In this document: piece by piece, positions 7,955-16,307 of the stretch
Layout of the letters: the number at the start of each line of letters is the position of its first letter
How positions within the stretch are numbered: position 1 is the first letter of the stretch
Source of the DNA: Labrys sp. (in: a-proteobacteria)
GTDB lineage: Bacteria > Pseudomonadota > Alphaproteobacteria > Rhizobiales > Labraceae
Length of the DNA stretch: 32,000 bases
Direction of reading: 5' to 3'
NCBI GenBank assembly: GCA_046344875.1
Contig: JBKDKQ010000063.1
Coordinates: forward strand, 43,221 to 75,220
The notes under the pieces: model-generated
The model's database searches: none
The model's input: the letters and a program-made list of their open reading frames with translations, nothing else
Told to the model about the DNA's origin: nothing
Made by a program: the position numbers and the translations under genes

Positions 7955-8725
7955 TCAGCCGATGTGATAGACCTCGGCGTGGCCGTCGACGGCAAGTGCC
8001 TGCCCGGTGATGATGCGGGCCGCCGGGCTCGCGAGATAGACGGCAAGTGCCGCGATCTCCTGCGGCTCAACGAAGCGCTTGATCGACTGGCCGCCGACAT
8101 AGTCACCGCGCACCTCATCCGTCGTCCGGCCGCGTTGTGCCGCCTCCGCCTCAATGACGCGCGTCATGCGGTCGCCCGCGACGGTACCGGGACAGATGGC
8201 GTTGACGGTGACGTTCCAGTCGCCGAGTTCGATCGCGAGCGATTTCGTGAAGCCGATCACCGCCCATTTCGAGGCGACATAGGGTGAGCGCAGGCCGACG
8301 CCGTAGAGACCCGATGTCGAGGACATGTTGATGATCGTGCCGCGTCGCTGGCGCTTGAACACCGGCACCGCCCTGCGGCAGGTGACGAACTGCGCGTCGA
8401 TCCCGACCGCCATGCACTGACGCCAGCCGGCGAGATCGATCGTCTCGACCGGCCCGATCGGTCCTGCAATGCCGGCATTGTTGATCAGGACGTCGAGGCC
8501 CGCCTCGTCGATCCGGCTGCGTGCAAACCAGTCGTCGAGGGCCTCCGGATCCGTGACGTCGACATGGCTGACGGACCAGTCCGGATGCGCCGCGCGCGTC
8601 GCAAAGAGTGCCGCTTCGTCAATGTCGGAGATGATGATCTCGGCCCTCTCCGCCGCGAAGGCTTCCGCGATCACGCGGCCGATGCCGTTTGCGGCGGCGG
8701 TGATCATGATGCGGCGTCTGGTCAT
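7955..8725 (-). CDS. SDR-family oxidoreductase
   Basis: Cofactor loop ITAAANGIGRVIAE, NNAGI, catalytic YVASKWAVIGFTK (YxxxK), NAICPG. ATG 8725 is preferred over the TTG at 8749 that opens the listed ORF. Confidence 0.85.
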   Translation of the reverse strand: MTRRRIMITAAANGIGRVIAEAFAAERAEIIISDIDEAALFATRAAHPDWSVSHVDVTDPEALDDWFARSRIDEAGLDVLINNAGIAGPIGPVETIDLAGWRQCMAVGIDAQFVTCRRAVPVFKRQRRGTIINMSSTSGLYGVGLRSPYVASKWAVIGFTKSLAIELGDWNVTVNAICPGTVAGDRMTRVIEAEAAQRGRTTDEVRGDYVGGQSIKRFVEPQEIAALAVYLASPAARIITGQALAVDGHAEVYHIG

Positions 8726-8816
8726 GGGCGTCACCGGGCAAGCGATCAATGGTCGGAACGGCGGCAGGCTAGCAGCGTGCGCGTGCGGCCTGCTGTTCCA
8801 GACGCGTCGCCTCCCT

Positions 8817-9254
8817 TCACAGCCTCGCGCGCGTGCTGCGTGGTGTCGCCAGCAGGAGATTGGTCTCGCTCGCCGTGACGCCGGGAATGAGACGGATCCG
8901 GCCGAGCAGAGCGTCGAGATCGGTGAGGTTCTGGGCGCCGATCTCGATCAGAAGATCCCATTTGCCATTGGTCGTATGGATCGCCGCGACCTCCGGATAG
9001 CCCGCCAGCACGTCGACGACCCGGTCCTTCGCCCGCCCCTCGACCTCGATCAGCGTGATGCCGCGCACGGGCAGCGAGACGGCGTCGGCGCGCAGGATGA
9101 CCGTGTAGCCGACGATTTCGCCGCTGCGCTCCAGTCGCTCGATCCGGGCGCGGACGGTGGCGCGGGACGCGCCGGTCTCCTGCGCGAGGTCGGAGATGCT
9201 GCGTCGCCCATTGTGACGAAGCAGGGTGATGAGGGCCTGATCAAGCTCGTCCAT
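8817..9254 (-). CDS. Lrp/AsnC-family transcriptional regulator
   Basis: 145 aa. N-terminal HTH (LDQALITLLRHNGRRSISDLAQETGASRATVRARIERLERSGEI) and C-terminal RAM-like domain. Divergent from the arginase gene. Confidence 0.9.
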   Translation of the reverse strand: MDELDQALITLLRHNGRRSISDLAQETGASRATVRARIERLERSGEIVGYTVILRADAVSLPVRGITLIEVEGRAKDRVVDVLAGYPEVAAIHTTNGKWDLLIEIGAQNLTDLDALLGRIRLIPGVTASETNLLLATPRSTRARL

Positions 9255-9378
9255 ATCGACCAGAGTGATAAATCATATCGAGCGTTTTGGCAAAAAACCC
9301 TGCCCGAGGTGTCAGTTTAGCCTGTTCATTCCGCCGCATGCCTCGGCTACTCTGTCCTTGAGATTGGAGGGCGAGCAA

Positions 9379-10326
9379 ATGAGCGTGGCAGCGACGAAGA
9401 CCGACAGGCCCTGCATCCTGATCGGCGTGCCGGTGCAATCCGGTTCCGGCCGGCTCGGCTGCGAGATGGGCCCGAGCGCCTTCCGCGCCGCCGGCATCGA
9501 CGAGGCCCTGCGCGATCTCGGTTTCGCGGTCGAGGATCGCGGCAATGTCGCGCCCGCCCCGTTCCGCCCGGCCCGTCACCCCAACGCCGCGCTGAAGGCG
9601 CTGCCCGAGATCGTCGGCTGGACGGAGACGCTTTCGGACGTCGCCTATCGCGAGAGCGCACTCGGCATGCCGATCTTCCTCGGCGGTGACCACAGCCTCT
9701 CCGGCGGCACCATGACCGGGCTCAGCCGGCGCGCGGTCGAGAACGGGCGTGAGCTCTTCGTGCTCTGGCTCGACGCCCATCCCGATTTCCACACGCTCGA
9801 GACGACGCAGTCCGGCAATCTGCACGGCACGCCGGTGGCCTATGCGACCGGTCAGCGCGGCTTTGACGGGGTCTTCCCGCCCGTCGTCGCGCCGATCAAG
9901 CCGGCGAATGTCTGCATGCTCGGGATCCGCAGCGTCGATGCGGCCGAACGCGCGGCGCTGACGGCCGCCGGCGTCACGGTGCACGACATGCGCGCCATCG
10001 ACGAGCACGGCGTCGCCCCGCTCCTCAACCGCTTCCTCGAGCGCGTCGCGGCGGCGAACGGGCAGCTGCATCTGAGCTTCGACGTCGATTTCCTCGATCC
10101 CGGCATTGCGCCCGGCGTCGGCACCACCGTGCCGGGCGGCGCGACCTTCCGCGAGGCTCATCTCGTCATGGAGATCCTCCACGACAGCGGCCTCGTCACC
10201 AGTCTCGATCTTACCGAACTCAACCCCTTCCTCGACGAGCGCGGCCGCACCGCGCTCCTTCAGGTCGATCTCGTCGCGAGCCTCATGGGCCGGCGGATCA
10301 TGGATCGACCGACCCGGAGCTACTGA
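9379..10326 (+). CDS. rocF: Arginase
   Basis: ATG 9379 is preceded by ggaggg. Ureohydrolase Mn-binding motifs GGDHSLS, DAHPDFH and SFDVDFLDP. 315 aa. Confidence 0.9.
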   Translation: MSVAATKTDRPCILIGVPVQSGSGRLGCEMGPSAFRAAGIDEALRDLGFAVEDRGNVAPAPFRPARHPNAALKALPEIVGWTETLSDVAYRESALGMPIFLGGDHSLSGGTMTGLSRRAVENGRELFVLWLDAHPDFHTLETTQSGNLHGTPVAYATGQRGFDGVFPPVVAPIKPANVCMLGIRSVDAAERAALTAAGVTVHDMRAIDEHGVAPLLNRFLERVAAANGQLHLSFDVDFLDPGIAPGVGTTVPGGATFREAHLVMEILHDSGLVTSLDLTELNPFLDERGRTALLQVDLVASLMGRRIMDRPTRSY

Positions 10327-10328
10327 CC

Positions 10329-11384
10329 ATGACCGCCAAGCTCAACGTCGTTCCCTTCGTCAGCGTCGACAACATGATGAAGCTCGTGCTCGCCATCGGC
10401 GTCGAGCGCTTTCTGGTTGAGCTCGCCGGCTATATCGAGGCGGACTTCCGGCGCTGGGAATCCTTCGACAAGACGCCACGCGTCGCCTCCCACAGCGCCG
10501 AGGGCGTGATCGAGCTGATGCCGACGAGCGACGGCGACGTCTATGGCTTCAAATATGTCAACGGCCACCCCAAGAACACCAAGGAGGGCCGCCAGACCGT
10601 CACAGCCTTCGGCGTGCTCGCCGATGTCGCGAACGGCTATCCGGTGCTCCTGTCGGAGATGACGATCCTCACCGCCCTGCGCACGGCGGCGACCTCTGCC
10701 GTGGCGGCGAAACATCTCGCGCCGAAGGGCGCGCGCACCATGGCGCTGATCGGCAATGGCGCGCAGGCTGAATTCCAGGCCGTCGCCTTCAAGGCCCTTC
10801 TTGGCGTCGATCGGCTGCGTCTCTACGACATCGATCGCAGCGCGAGCCTCAAATGCGTGCGCAACCTCGCCGGGCTCGGCTTCGACATCACCGTCTGCAA
10901 GACGGTCGAGGAGGCGATGGAAGGGGCGGAGATCGTCACGACGGTGACCGCCGACAAGCAGTACGCCACGATCCTCACCGACAACATGGTCGGGACCGGC
11001 CTGCACATCAACGCCGTCGGCGGTGATTGTCCGGGCAAGACGGAACTGCACAAGGACATCCTTCTGCGCTCCGACATCTTCGTCGAATATCCGCCGCAGA
11101 CGCGGATCGAGGGCGAGATCCAGCAGCTCGAGCCTGACCACCCGGTAATCGAGCTCTGGCAGGTGATCGCGGGCCGCGTCGAGGGGCGACGCTCGGCGAG
11201 CCAGATCACGCTGTTTGATTCCGTCGGCTTTGCCGTCGAGGATTTTTCCGCGCTGCGCTATGTCCGCGACCAGCTCAAGCGCACCGGCTTGTTCGACGAA
11301 CTCGACATGCTCGCGGATCCGGACGAGCCGCGCGATCTCTTCGGCATGCTGCTGCGTGCGGCGGCGGCCCAGTCGGCCGCCTAG
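10329..11384 (+). CDS. ocd: Ornithine cyclodeaminase
   Basis: 351 aa, starting 2 nt after the arginase stop. The N-terminus LNVVPFVSVDNMMKLV...FRRWESFDKTPRVASHS...IELMPTSDG closely resembles Agrobacterium-type Ocd as I recall it. Rossmann stretch ALIGNGAQAEFQ. Confidence 0.9.
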   Translation: MTAKLNVVPFVSVDNMMKLVLAIGVERFLVELAGYIEADFRRWESFDKTPRVASHSAEGVIELMPTSDGDVYGFKYVNGHPKNTKEGRQTVTAFGVLADVANGYPVLLSEMTILTALRTAATSAVAAKHLAPKGARTMALIGNGAQAEFQAVAFKALLGVDRLRLYDIDRSASLKCVRNLAGLGFDITVCKTVEEAMEGAEIVTTVTADKQYATILTDNMVGTGLHINAVGGDCPGKTELHKDILLRSDIFVEYPPQTRIEGEIQQLEPDHPVIELWQVIAGRVEGRRSASQITLFDSVGFAVEDFSALRYVRDQLKRTGLFDELDMLADPDEPRDLFGMLLRAAAAQSAA

Positions 11385-11391
11385 CGGGGGG

Positions 11392-11703
11392 TCAGATCCG
11401 GACGGCGGCGGCGTGCCCGTTGCCGTGGCGGTCGCCGTGCATCGCCCGTCTCACGGTGTGACGGGGTCCGACGTCGGCCGGGCCAGGCGCATGCGGCTCG
11501 GACTCGTGCGAGTGCCTGTCCGCCGCACGATGCTGAGCGACGAGTTCGGGGATCACCGCCTCTTCGATGATCGCCCTGAGCAAGGACGCCATGTCGGCCG
11601 AGACCCGGCCTTCATTGCGCCGATGGGCGGTTTCGCCGATGTGCCGGTCCGCAGCCTGCGCCGCCCCGCGCAAGGCACCCCCGTCAACTGCGTCGTGTTT
11701 CAT
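11392..11703 (-). CDS. Hypothetical small His-rich protein
   Basis: 103 aa from ATG 11703 (ggtgggg lies upstream). About 80% GC3 by eye. Plausible helix ASLLRAIIEEAVIPELVAQHRA, then a His-rich tail (HSHESEPH...HGDRHGNGH). No family recognised; the longer 155-aa version is unlikely. Confidence 0.35.
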   Translation of the reverse strand: MKHDAVDGGALRGAAQAADRHIGETAHRRNEGRVSADMASLLRAIIEEAVIPELVAQHRAADRHSHESEPHAPGPADVGPRHTVRRAMHGDRHGNGHAAAVRI

Positions 11704-11725
11704 CGCAAGCCCCACCCTGCGAAAT

Positions 11726-11748
11726 GGAGACGACGAGCCGTCGCCTCC
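11726..11748 (-). other. Stable hairpin in the 5' leader of the His-rich ORF
   Basis: Minus-strand ggaggcgacg-gct-cgtcgtctcc: a 10-bp stem (one G.U pair) with a 3-nt loop, followed by auuu, about 22 nt upstream of ATG 11703. Confidence 0.3.
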
Positions 11749-12238
11749 ACGCACGGATGGCCGCATGTTGGCGGTCGCGCGAGCATCCGGCTCAGGGCCC
11801 GGACGGTCATTCCGTACGCAACTGAATGCTAATCGCTTGATGCCCGAACGCATCTGCAATTGATCCTACGTAGAGTGCCCATCTGGTTACAATTGGAATG
11901 ATCTGTCGTTGCCGCACGACCTCGGTGACCGCGAAAATCGCCGATTCCGAAGCAGAATCCGTCAGTTCAGGTCGCGGGACGGCAAACATCACGCGCAAAC
12001 GGTTGCTGTCGCGCCGTTTCGTCACAGCCGGGCCAGATGCGCGACGTCTGATCGGGACCTCGCCGTCCACCCGGATGCCGTTCGGCCCCGGCATCCCGGA
12101 CCGGGGAGGATGGTGGCGGATCGAGGGTCACGGGCGGCAAGGCGGGAAGCCGTGAACGCGTCACCGTCCGGGGCTCTTGGCGTGATGCAAAAGGCTGCCG
12201 GCGAAGGAAAACGGTGGATAAGCCCAAGGCCGAGCGAG

Positions 12239-12252
12239 GCGGCGGCCGCCGC
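12239..12252 (-). terminator. GC palindrome immediately after the MDR gene stop (weak terminator candidate)
   Basis: Perfect 14-bp palindrome gcggcggccgccgc, 2 nt downstream of the stop (12255-12257). There is no adjacent U-tract. Confidence 0.25.
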
Positions 12253-12254
12253 GT

Positions 12255-13349
12255 TCAGCCGGCTGCGCTGCCCGGCGGGACGAGGATGATCTTGCCGAGA
12301 TGAGCCTTCGACAAGAATGCCGCCTGCGCCTCGCCGATCCGTGAGAGCGGATAGACCGCCGACACCAGGGGTCTGATCTCGCCACGCCTGAGATAGCCGA
12401 GCAACGATGTGAAGCCCGCGCGCTCCTGCATCGTGCATCCGTGCAGCGTCAGGTCCTTGAGATAGAGTTTTCTGAGGTCGAGCGTGACGATGGGGCCCGC
12501 GATCGCCCCCGACACCGCATAGCGACCGCCCGGGCGCAGAACCTCGAGCAGGGCCGGCCAGCGCGGTCCGCCGACGACGTCGATCGCGGCGTCGACGCTG
12601 TCGCTCCCCAAGGCGGCGACGAGGTCCGCATCGCGCGGCAGGCAGCGTGCCGCGCCCGCCTGTTCGAGCGCGCCGTGCTTTTCGGCGGCGGCGATGGCGA
12701 TCACCCGTGCGCCGCGGCGGCGCGCGAGCTGGACCGCCGCGAGCCCGACATTGCCGGAGGCACCGGTCACGACCACGGTCTCGCCGGGGCCGATCCCGGC
12801 GCGGGCGAGGAGGTTTTCGGCGGTTCCGAAGGCGCAGGGGAGGGCGGCGAGCTCGGCGTCGGAGAGCTCGCTCTCGACCGCGTGGGTATCGGCCGCCGGG
12901 GCGCAGACGAAATCGGCGAAGGCACCATCCCGTTCCGAGCCGAGCCAGGGCGTGAAACGTCCCTGCCGGAGCGAAACGAGACAGCTCTGGACGATGACGC
13001 GCTCGCCGATGCGGGCCTGCGTCACGCCCACACCGGTCGCGACGATGCGACCGCAGACATCCGCGCCCTGGATGCGCGGGAAGGCGAGGCCACCGCCCGT
13101 CCAGTCGCCGGCTTCGCCGGTCACGCCGCCCTTGCCGCTCGCCTCGTCGGTCCCGGCCGCCTCCGAGCCCGCATACCAGCCGATGCGCGTGTTGATGTCG
13201 GTGTTGTTGATGCCCGCCGCCGCGACCCGGATCAGGACCTCGCCGGGCCCGGGGGAGGGCACGGCGACGTCGTCGCGGAACACGAGCTTGTCCGGACCAC
13301 CATGGCCGACAAGCTGCACCGCCGCCATGGTCCTTGGTGGAACGCTCAT
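12255..13349 (-). CDS. Zinc-type alcohol dehydrogenase / quinone-oxidoreductase-like MDR protein
   Basis: 364 aa. The ATG is preceded by ggagg. N-terminal GroES-like region (MAAVQLVGHGGPDKLVF...PGPGEVLIRVAAAGINNTD) and cofactor loop VVVTGASGNVGLAAVQLA. Confidence 0.85.
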   Translation of the reverse strand: MSVPPRTMAAVQLVGHGGPDKLVFRDDVAVPSPGPGEVLIRVAAAGINNTDINTRIGWYAGSEAAGTDEASGKGGVTGEAGDWTGGGLAFPRIQGADVCGRIVATGVGVTQARIGERVIVQSCLVSLRQGRFTPWLGSERDGAFADFVCAPAADTHAVESELSDAELAALPCAFGTAENLLARAGIGPGETVVVTGASGNVGLAAVQLARRRGARVIAIAAAEKHGALEQAGAARCLPRDADLVAALGSDSVDAAIDVVGGPRWPALLEVLRPGGRYAVSGAIAGPIVTLDLRKLYLKDLTLHGCTMQERAGFTSLLGYLRRGEIRPLVSAVYPLSRIGEAQAAFLSKAHLGKIILVPPGSAAG

Positions 13350-13395
13350 GCCAACGCCTCCCCTTGCCGGCCCTGCCGCGGCAGTATGCCCGACC

Positions 13396-13839
13396 TCAGG
13401 CCGTGTCGTCCTGCAGCCGGTCGATGAGCGTCGCCAGCCTTTCGACCAGGGCGTCGATCTCCGCCTGATCGAGGGCGGTCCGGTCGAGGATCACGCCGCC
13501 GATCGCCTGGGCCGCCGGCTGCAATTGCCGGCCCTTCTCCGTCAGCGTCACGCTCACCTGCCGCTCATCCTCGCTGCACCGGCTCTTGTCGACGAGACCC
13601 GCCGCCTGAAGGCGCTTGATGACCGGGCTCAGCGTGCCCGAATCGAGCATCAGCCTTTCGCCGATGTCACGGACGGATCGTCCGTCCCTCTCCCACAGCG
13701 ATTGCAGAACGAGGAGCTGCGGATAGCTCAGGCCGAGTTCGTCGAGGAGCGGGCGATAGACGCGCGTGATGGCGTGGGTCGCCGCATAGAGGTTGAAGCA
13801 CAGAGCCTTGTCGAGGGGCGGTACGCGCGCAGGGGGCAT
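13396..13839 (-). CDS. MarR-family regulator, OhrR-like (organic-peroxide-sensing subtype)
   Basis: 147 aa. [12 protein letters not shown]...[12 protein letters not shown]...[28 protein letters not shown]...DERQV matches the OhrR pattern as I recall it (LDNQLCFALYS...[26 protein letters not shown]), including the N-terminal sensing Cys (C14). Confidence 0.85.
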   Translation of the reverse strand: [147 protein letters not shown]

Positions 13840-13921
13840 GCCGGCTCCATCATTCGCCCGCCAGATGCAGTCGCATTATCCGGTCGCGGCGCGCAATTCA
13901 ATCATCCGCTCATCAAAATAA

Positions 13922-13948
13922 ATTGTGCACAATCAAATTGACGTCAAT
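13922..13948. promoter_or_regulatory. Tandem 12-bp palindromes ATTGTGCACAAT and ATTGACGTCAAT (candidate MarR/OhrR operators)
   Basis: Perfect palindromes at 13922-13933 and 13937-13948 share ATTG/CAAT half-sites. They sit in an AT-rich stretch between the divergent marR-like (start 13839) and MBL (start 14017) genes. Confidence 0.5.
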
Positions 13949-14016
13949 CGAGTGAGCGCTTAACACGACTGCGTTGCCCTGACGGGGTGTCAGCCAAACA
14001 ATCGAAGGGTTTTCCC

Positions 14017-14979
14017 ATGTTGCTCAATCGTCGCCATGCACTCGCGACCGGCCTTGCCGGCATGGCCGCGCTCGCCCTGCCGCGGGCTGCCGCCGCGCTC
14101 GTTCCCGCCAGTGGTCAGCAGGTTCCGGGCGTCTATCGTCGGAAGGTCGGTGACATTGAGGTCACGGCGATTCTCGACGGTTTCGTGCCGCTCAACACGC
14201 AGGTGTTCATCGGGGCCGATCCCGCCGAGCTCAAGGCGATCCTCGCGGCCAATGGCCAGACCGAAAACCTCCCAACCGCGGTCAACGCCTTCGTCGTCAA
14301 CACGCCGAACCGTACCTATCTCGTCGATACCGGCGCGGGCTCGAGCGAAGCCTTCGGCCCGACGCTCGGTCGCCTCGCCGCCAATCTGACGGTTGCCGGC
14401 ATTGATCCCGCCGGCATCGACGCGGTTCTCCTCACCCATGCCCATGTCGATCACATCGTCGGTCTTCTCGGGCCCGAGGGGCAGGCGCGCTTCCCCAATG
14501 CCGAAGTGGTCCTGCACGAGACCGAACAGGCTTTCTGGGCCGATGACGGCAATCTGTCGCGCGCGCCGGACGGCATGAAGCCGCTGTTCGCCGCAGCCCG
14601 CGACGCTCTCAAGCCCTATGCCGCGCGGGTCAGGACGGTGAAGGCCGGCGAAGTCGGGCCCGGCATCGTGCTGGAGGAGGCTCCCGGGCACACCCCCGGT
14701 CACAGCGTCTTCCGTGTGACGTCCGGTTCCGATCAGCTTCTCCTGATCGGCGACACGATCCACAATGCCGCGATCCACACCCGCCGTCCCCAGACCGGCT
14801 TCGCCTTCGACGTCGATCCGGTACAGGCCGCGGCCTCGCGTCGACGGATCTTCGACATGATCTCGGCGGACGGCATGCTCGTCGCCGGCACACATGTCTC
14901 CTTCCCCGGGTTCGGCCGTGTCCTTCGGGATGGCGACGCGTTCAAATATGTCGCCGCCGACTGGAGCTACACGCTCTGA
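14017..14979 (+). CDS. MBL-fold metallo-hydrolase with twin-arginine signal peptide
   Basis: HxHxDH motif (LTHAHVDHIVG), plus later GHTPGH and a downstream His. N-terminus MLLNRRHALATGLAGMAALALPRAAAA is Tat-like. ATG 14017 is preferred over GTG 13987. Confidence 0.8.
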   Translation: MLLNRRHALATGLAGMAALALPRAAAALVPASGQQVPGVYRRKVGDIEVTAILDGFVPLNTQVFIGADPAELKAILAANGQTENLPTAVNAFVVNTPNRTYLVDTGAGSSEAFGPTLGRLAANLTVAGIDPAGIDAVLLTHAHVDHIVGLLGPEGQARFPNAEVVLHETEQAFWADDGNLSRAPDGMKPLFAAARDALKPYAARVRTVKAGEVGPGIVLEEAPGHTPGHSVFRVTSGSDQLLLIGDTIHNAAIHTRRPQTGFAFDVDPVQAAASRRRIFDMISADGMLVAGTHVSFPGFGRVLRDGDAFKYVAADWSYTL

Positions 14980-14990
14980 GGCGATGTGTT

Positions 14991-15015
14991 CCGGCGCGGC
15001 TTGCCGCCGCGCCGG
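14991..15015. terminator. GC-rich hairpin between convergent genes (bidirectional terminator candidate)
   Basis: ccggcgcggc (14991-15000), loop ttgcc, gccgcgccgg (15006-15015): a 10-bp perfect stem. A second gccggc/gccggc hairpin follows at 15011-15026. No clear U-tract. Confidence 0.45.
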
Positions 15016-15037
15016 CGCTTGCCGGCGGTTCGACCGG

Positions 15038-15961
15038 TCAGTCCCAGCGAATATGGGACGGCCAGACGAAGGTCTCTTCGGGATCAGGACCACTCGGCCC
15101 GGCCATCGACAGGGTTCGACGGCGCAGATCGGCCAGAATGGAACTCCGGTCGGGCAGCGTACGCAGCGTCGCGGCATCGACCGGCGAACCGATCGTTGCG
15201 CGGACGGTGCGACCCGTCAGGCGGCGAGTCTCGCGGAACAGAAGCGCGATTCGCAGCGCGTAGTGGAGATGGCTCGCGATCTGGAAGAGACGCGAGTTAC
15301 GGCCGTGAACATAGACCGGTATCGTGGTGACGTCCGGAAGCGTCGCGAGTTTCGCGACGAAAGGCGCCCAGACGCTCTCCAGAGCCGGACCACTGAAGGG
15401 CTTTTGTGCCGTCGACACGCTGCCTGAGGGAAAGACGACGAGCGCATGCCCGTCGCGCAACCAGTCGACGGCCCGGCGGCGGGTGTCGAGCGTGGTCTGG
15501 CGCGCCGCTTCCGTCCCCCCGAAATCGACGGGGAGAATGTAGTCCTGAAGCTCCGGCGGCTGGCACAGCAGGCTGTGGGTCATGATCCGCACGTCACGCC
15601 GCAGGCTCGTCGCGATGTAACCCATCAAGAGCCCGTCGACGACGCCGAAGGGATGGTTGGCGATCAGTAGGAGCGGCCCCTCGCGCGGGATCGTCGACCA
15701 GGCCGCCTCGTCGATCTCAAGACGGATGCGCAGCAGACGAAGTCCGGCGGCAAACAGTGTTTCGCCAGCTTTGTCCTCGGCCGCCCAGCGTCGATAGAGC
15801 CGTGCGAGGCGGGGCTGCCCGCTGATGAACTCGATGGCGCGGATCACGGAGCGGGTGAGAAACGGGTGCTCCGGCCGCGAATAGGAAAAGCGGACGCCGG
15901 CGCGCGAGGGCTCTGCGTCGCTCTGGGGGTCGTCGATGAAGCCCATCGAGATGTCGACCAT
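15038..15961 (-). CDS. Lysophospholipid/glycerolipid acyltransferase-family protein (PlsC-like)
   Basis: HX4D motif in LLIANHPFGVVDG, plus a downstream FPSGSVS block. Start chosen at ATG 15961 (gggag SD upstream). ATG 16012, 15997 and 15946 are alternatives. Confidence 0.75.
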   Translation of the reverse strand: MVDISMGFIDDPQSDAEPSRAGVRFSYSRPEHPFLTRSVIRAIEFISGQPRLARLYRRWAAEDKAGETLFAAGLRLLRIRLEIDEAAWSTIPREGPLLLIANHPFGVVDGLLMGYIATSLRRDVRIMTHSLLCQPPELQDYILPVDFGGTEAARQTTLDTRRRAVDWLRDGHALVVFPSGSVSTAQKPFSGPALESVWAPFVAKLATLPDVTTIPVYVHGRNSRLFQIASHLHYALRIALLFRETRRLTGRTVRATIGSPVDAATLRTLPDRSSILADLRRRTLSMAGPSGPDPEETFVWPSHIRWD

Positions 15962-16307
15962 GCCCCGCTCCCAGCACCATATGACCGTTTCATGCATGTG
16001 CCGTGCTTGCATGACAGGCGCATGAAGGCGGCTGCGGGGAAGTTTGGAGCGTGGCGTCCCGCGATGATCGATGGGTGCGTCTTCAGCAATCTGTCAGCTT
16101 GGGATGGTTAACTCTTCGTAAGCGTTGATGCGTAACGGCTGAGTCGCGGCGAGAGATGCCCTCGCTGGTCCGCCCGGAGCGGGCGCCCCGATCAGCCACG
16201 AGCATCCGAGAGCGGCAAGGGAAAACGATGCAGGCTGAACCGACCTGTCCGGAACGCAAGGGCGCGAGCAAGAGTCGAAGCGCCGGCCGTCGACGGGCCC
16301 TGGCCCC

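Noticed and set aside
12144-12156. gggaagccgtgaa, which resembles part of a cobalamin riboswitch core
   Set aside because: There is no B12 box (GCCACTG-like) or other conserved riboswitch helices nearby, and no B12-related gene downstream. It is most likely a chance match in GC-rich DNA.
13373-13384. Perfect 12-bp palindrome ctgccgcggcag between the marR-like and MDR genes
   Set aside because: It has no loop, so it makes a poor hairpin. GC palindromes of this size are common in this composition (compare 12239-12252). I found no second copy that would suggest an operator.
16022-16111. 29-codon ORF (MKAAAGKFGAWRPAMIDGCVFSNLSAWDG) upstream of the T1SS genes, considered as a possible small secreted peptide
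   Set aside because: No SD. It lies in the frame of a junk ORF that overlaps the acyltransferase 5' end, and it sits about 200 nt from the ABC gene. PrtD-type exporters lack the C39 domain needed for leader-peptide cargo.
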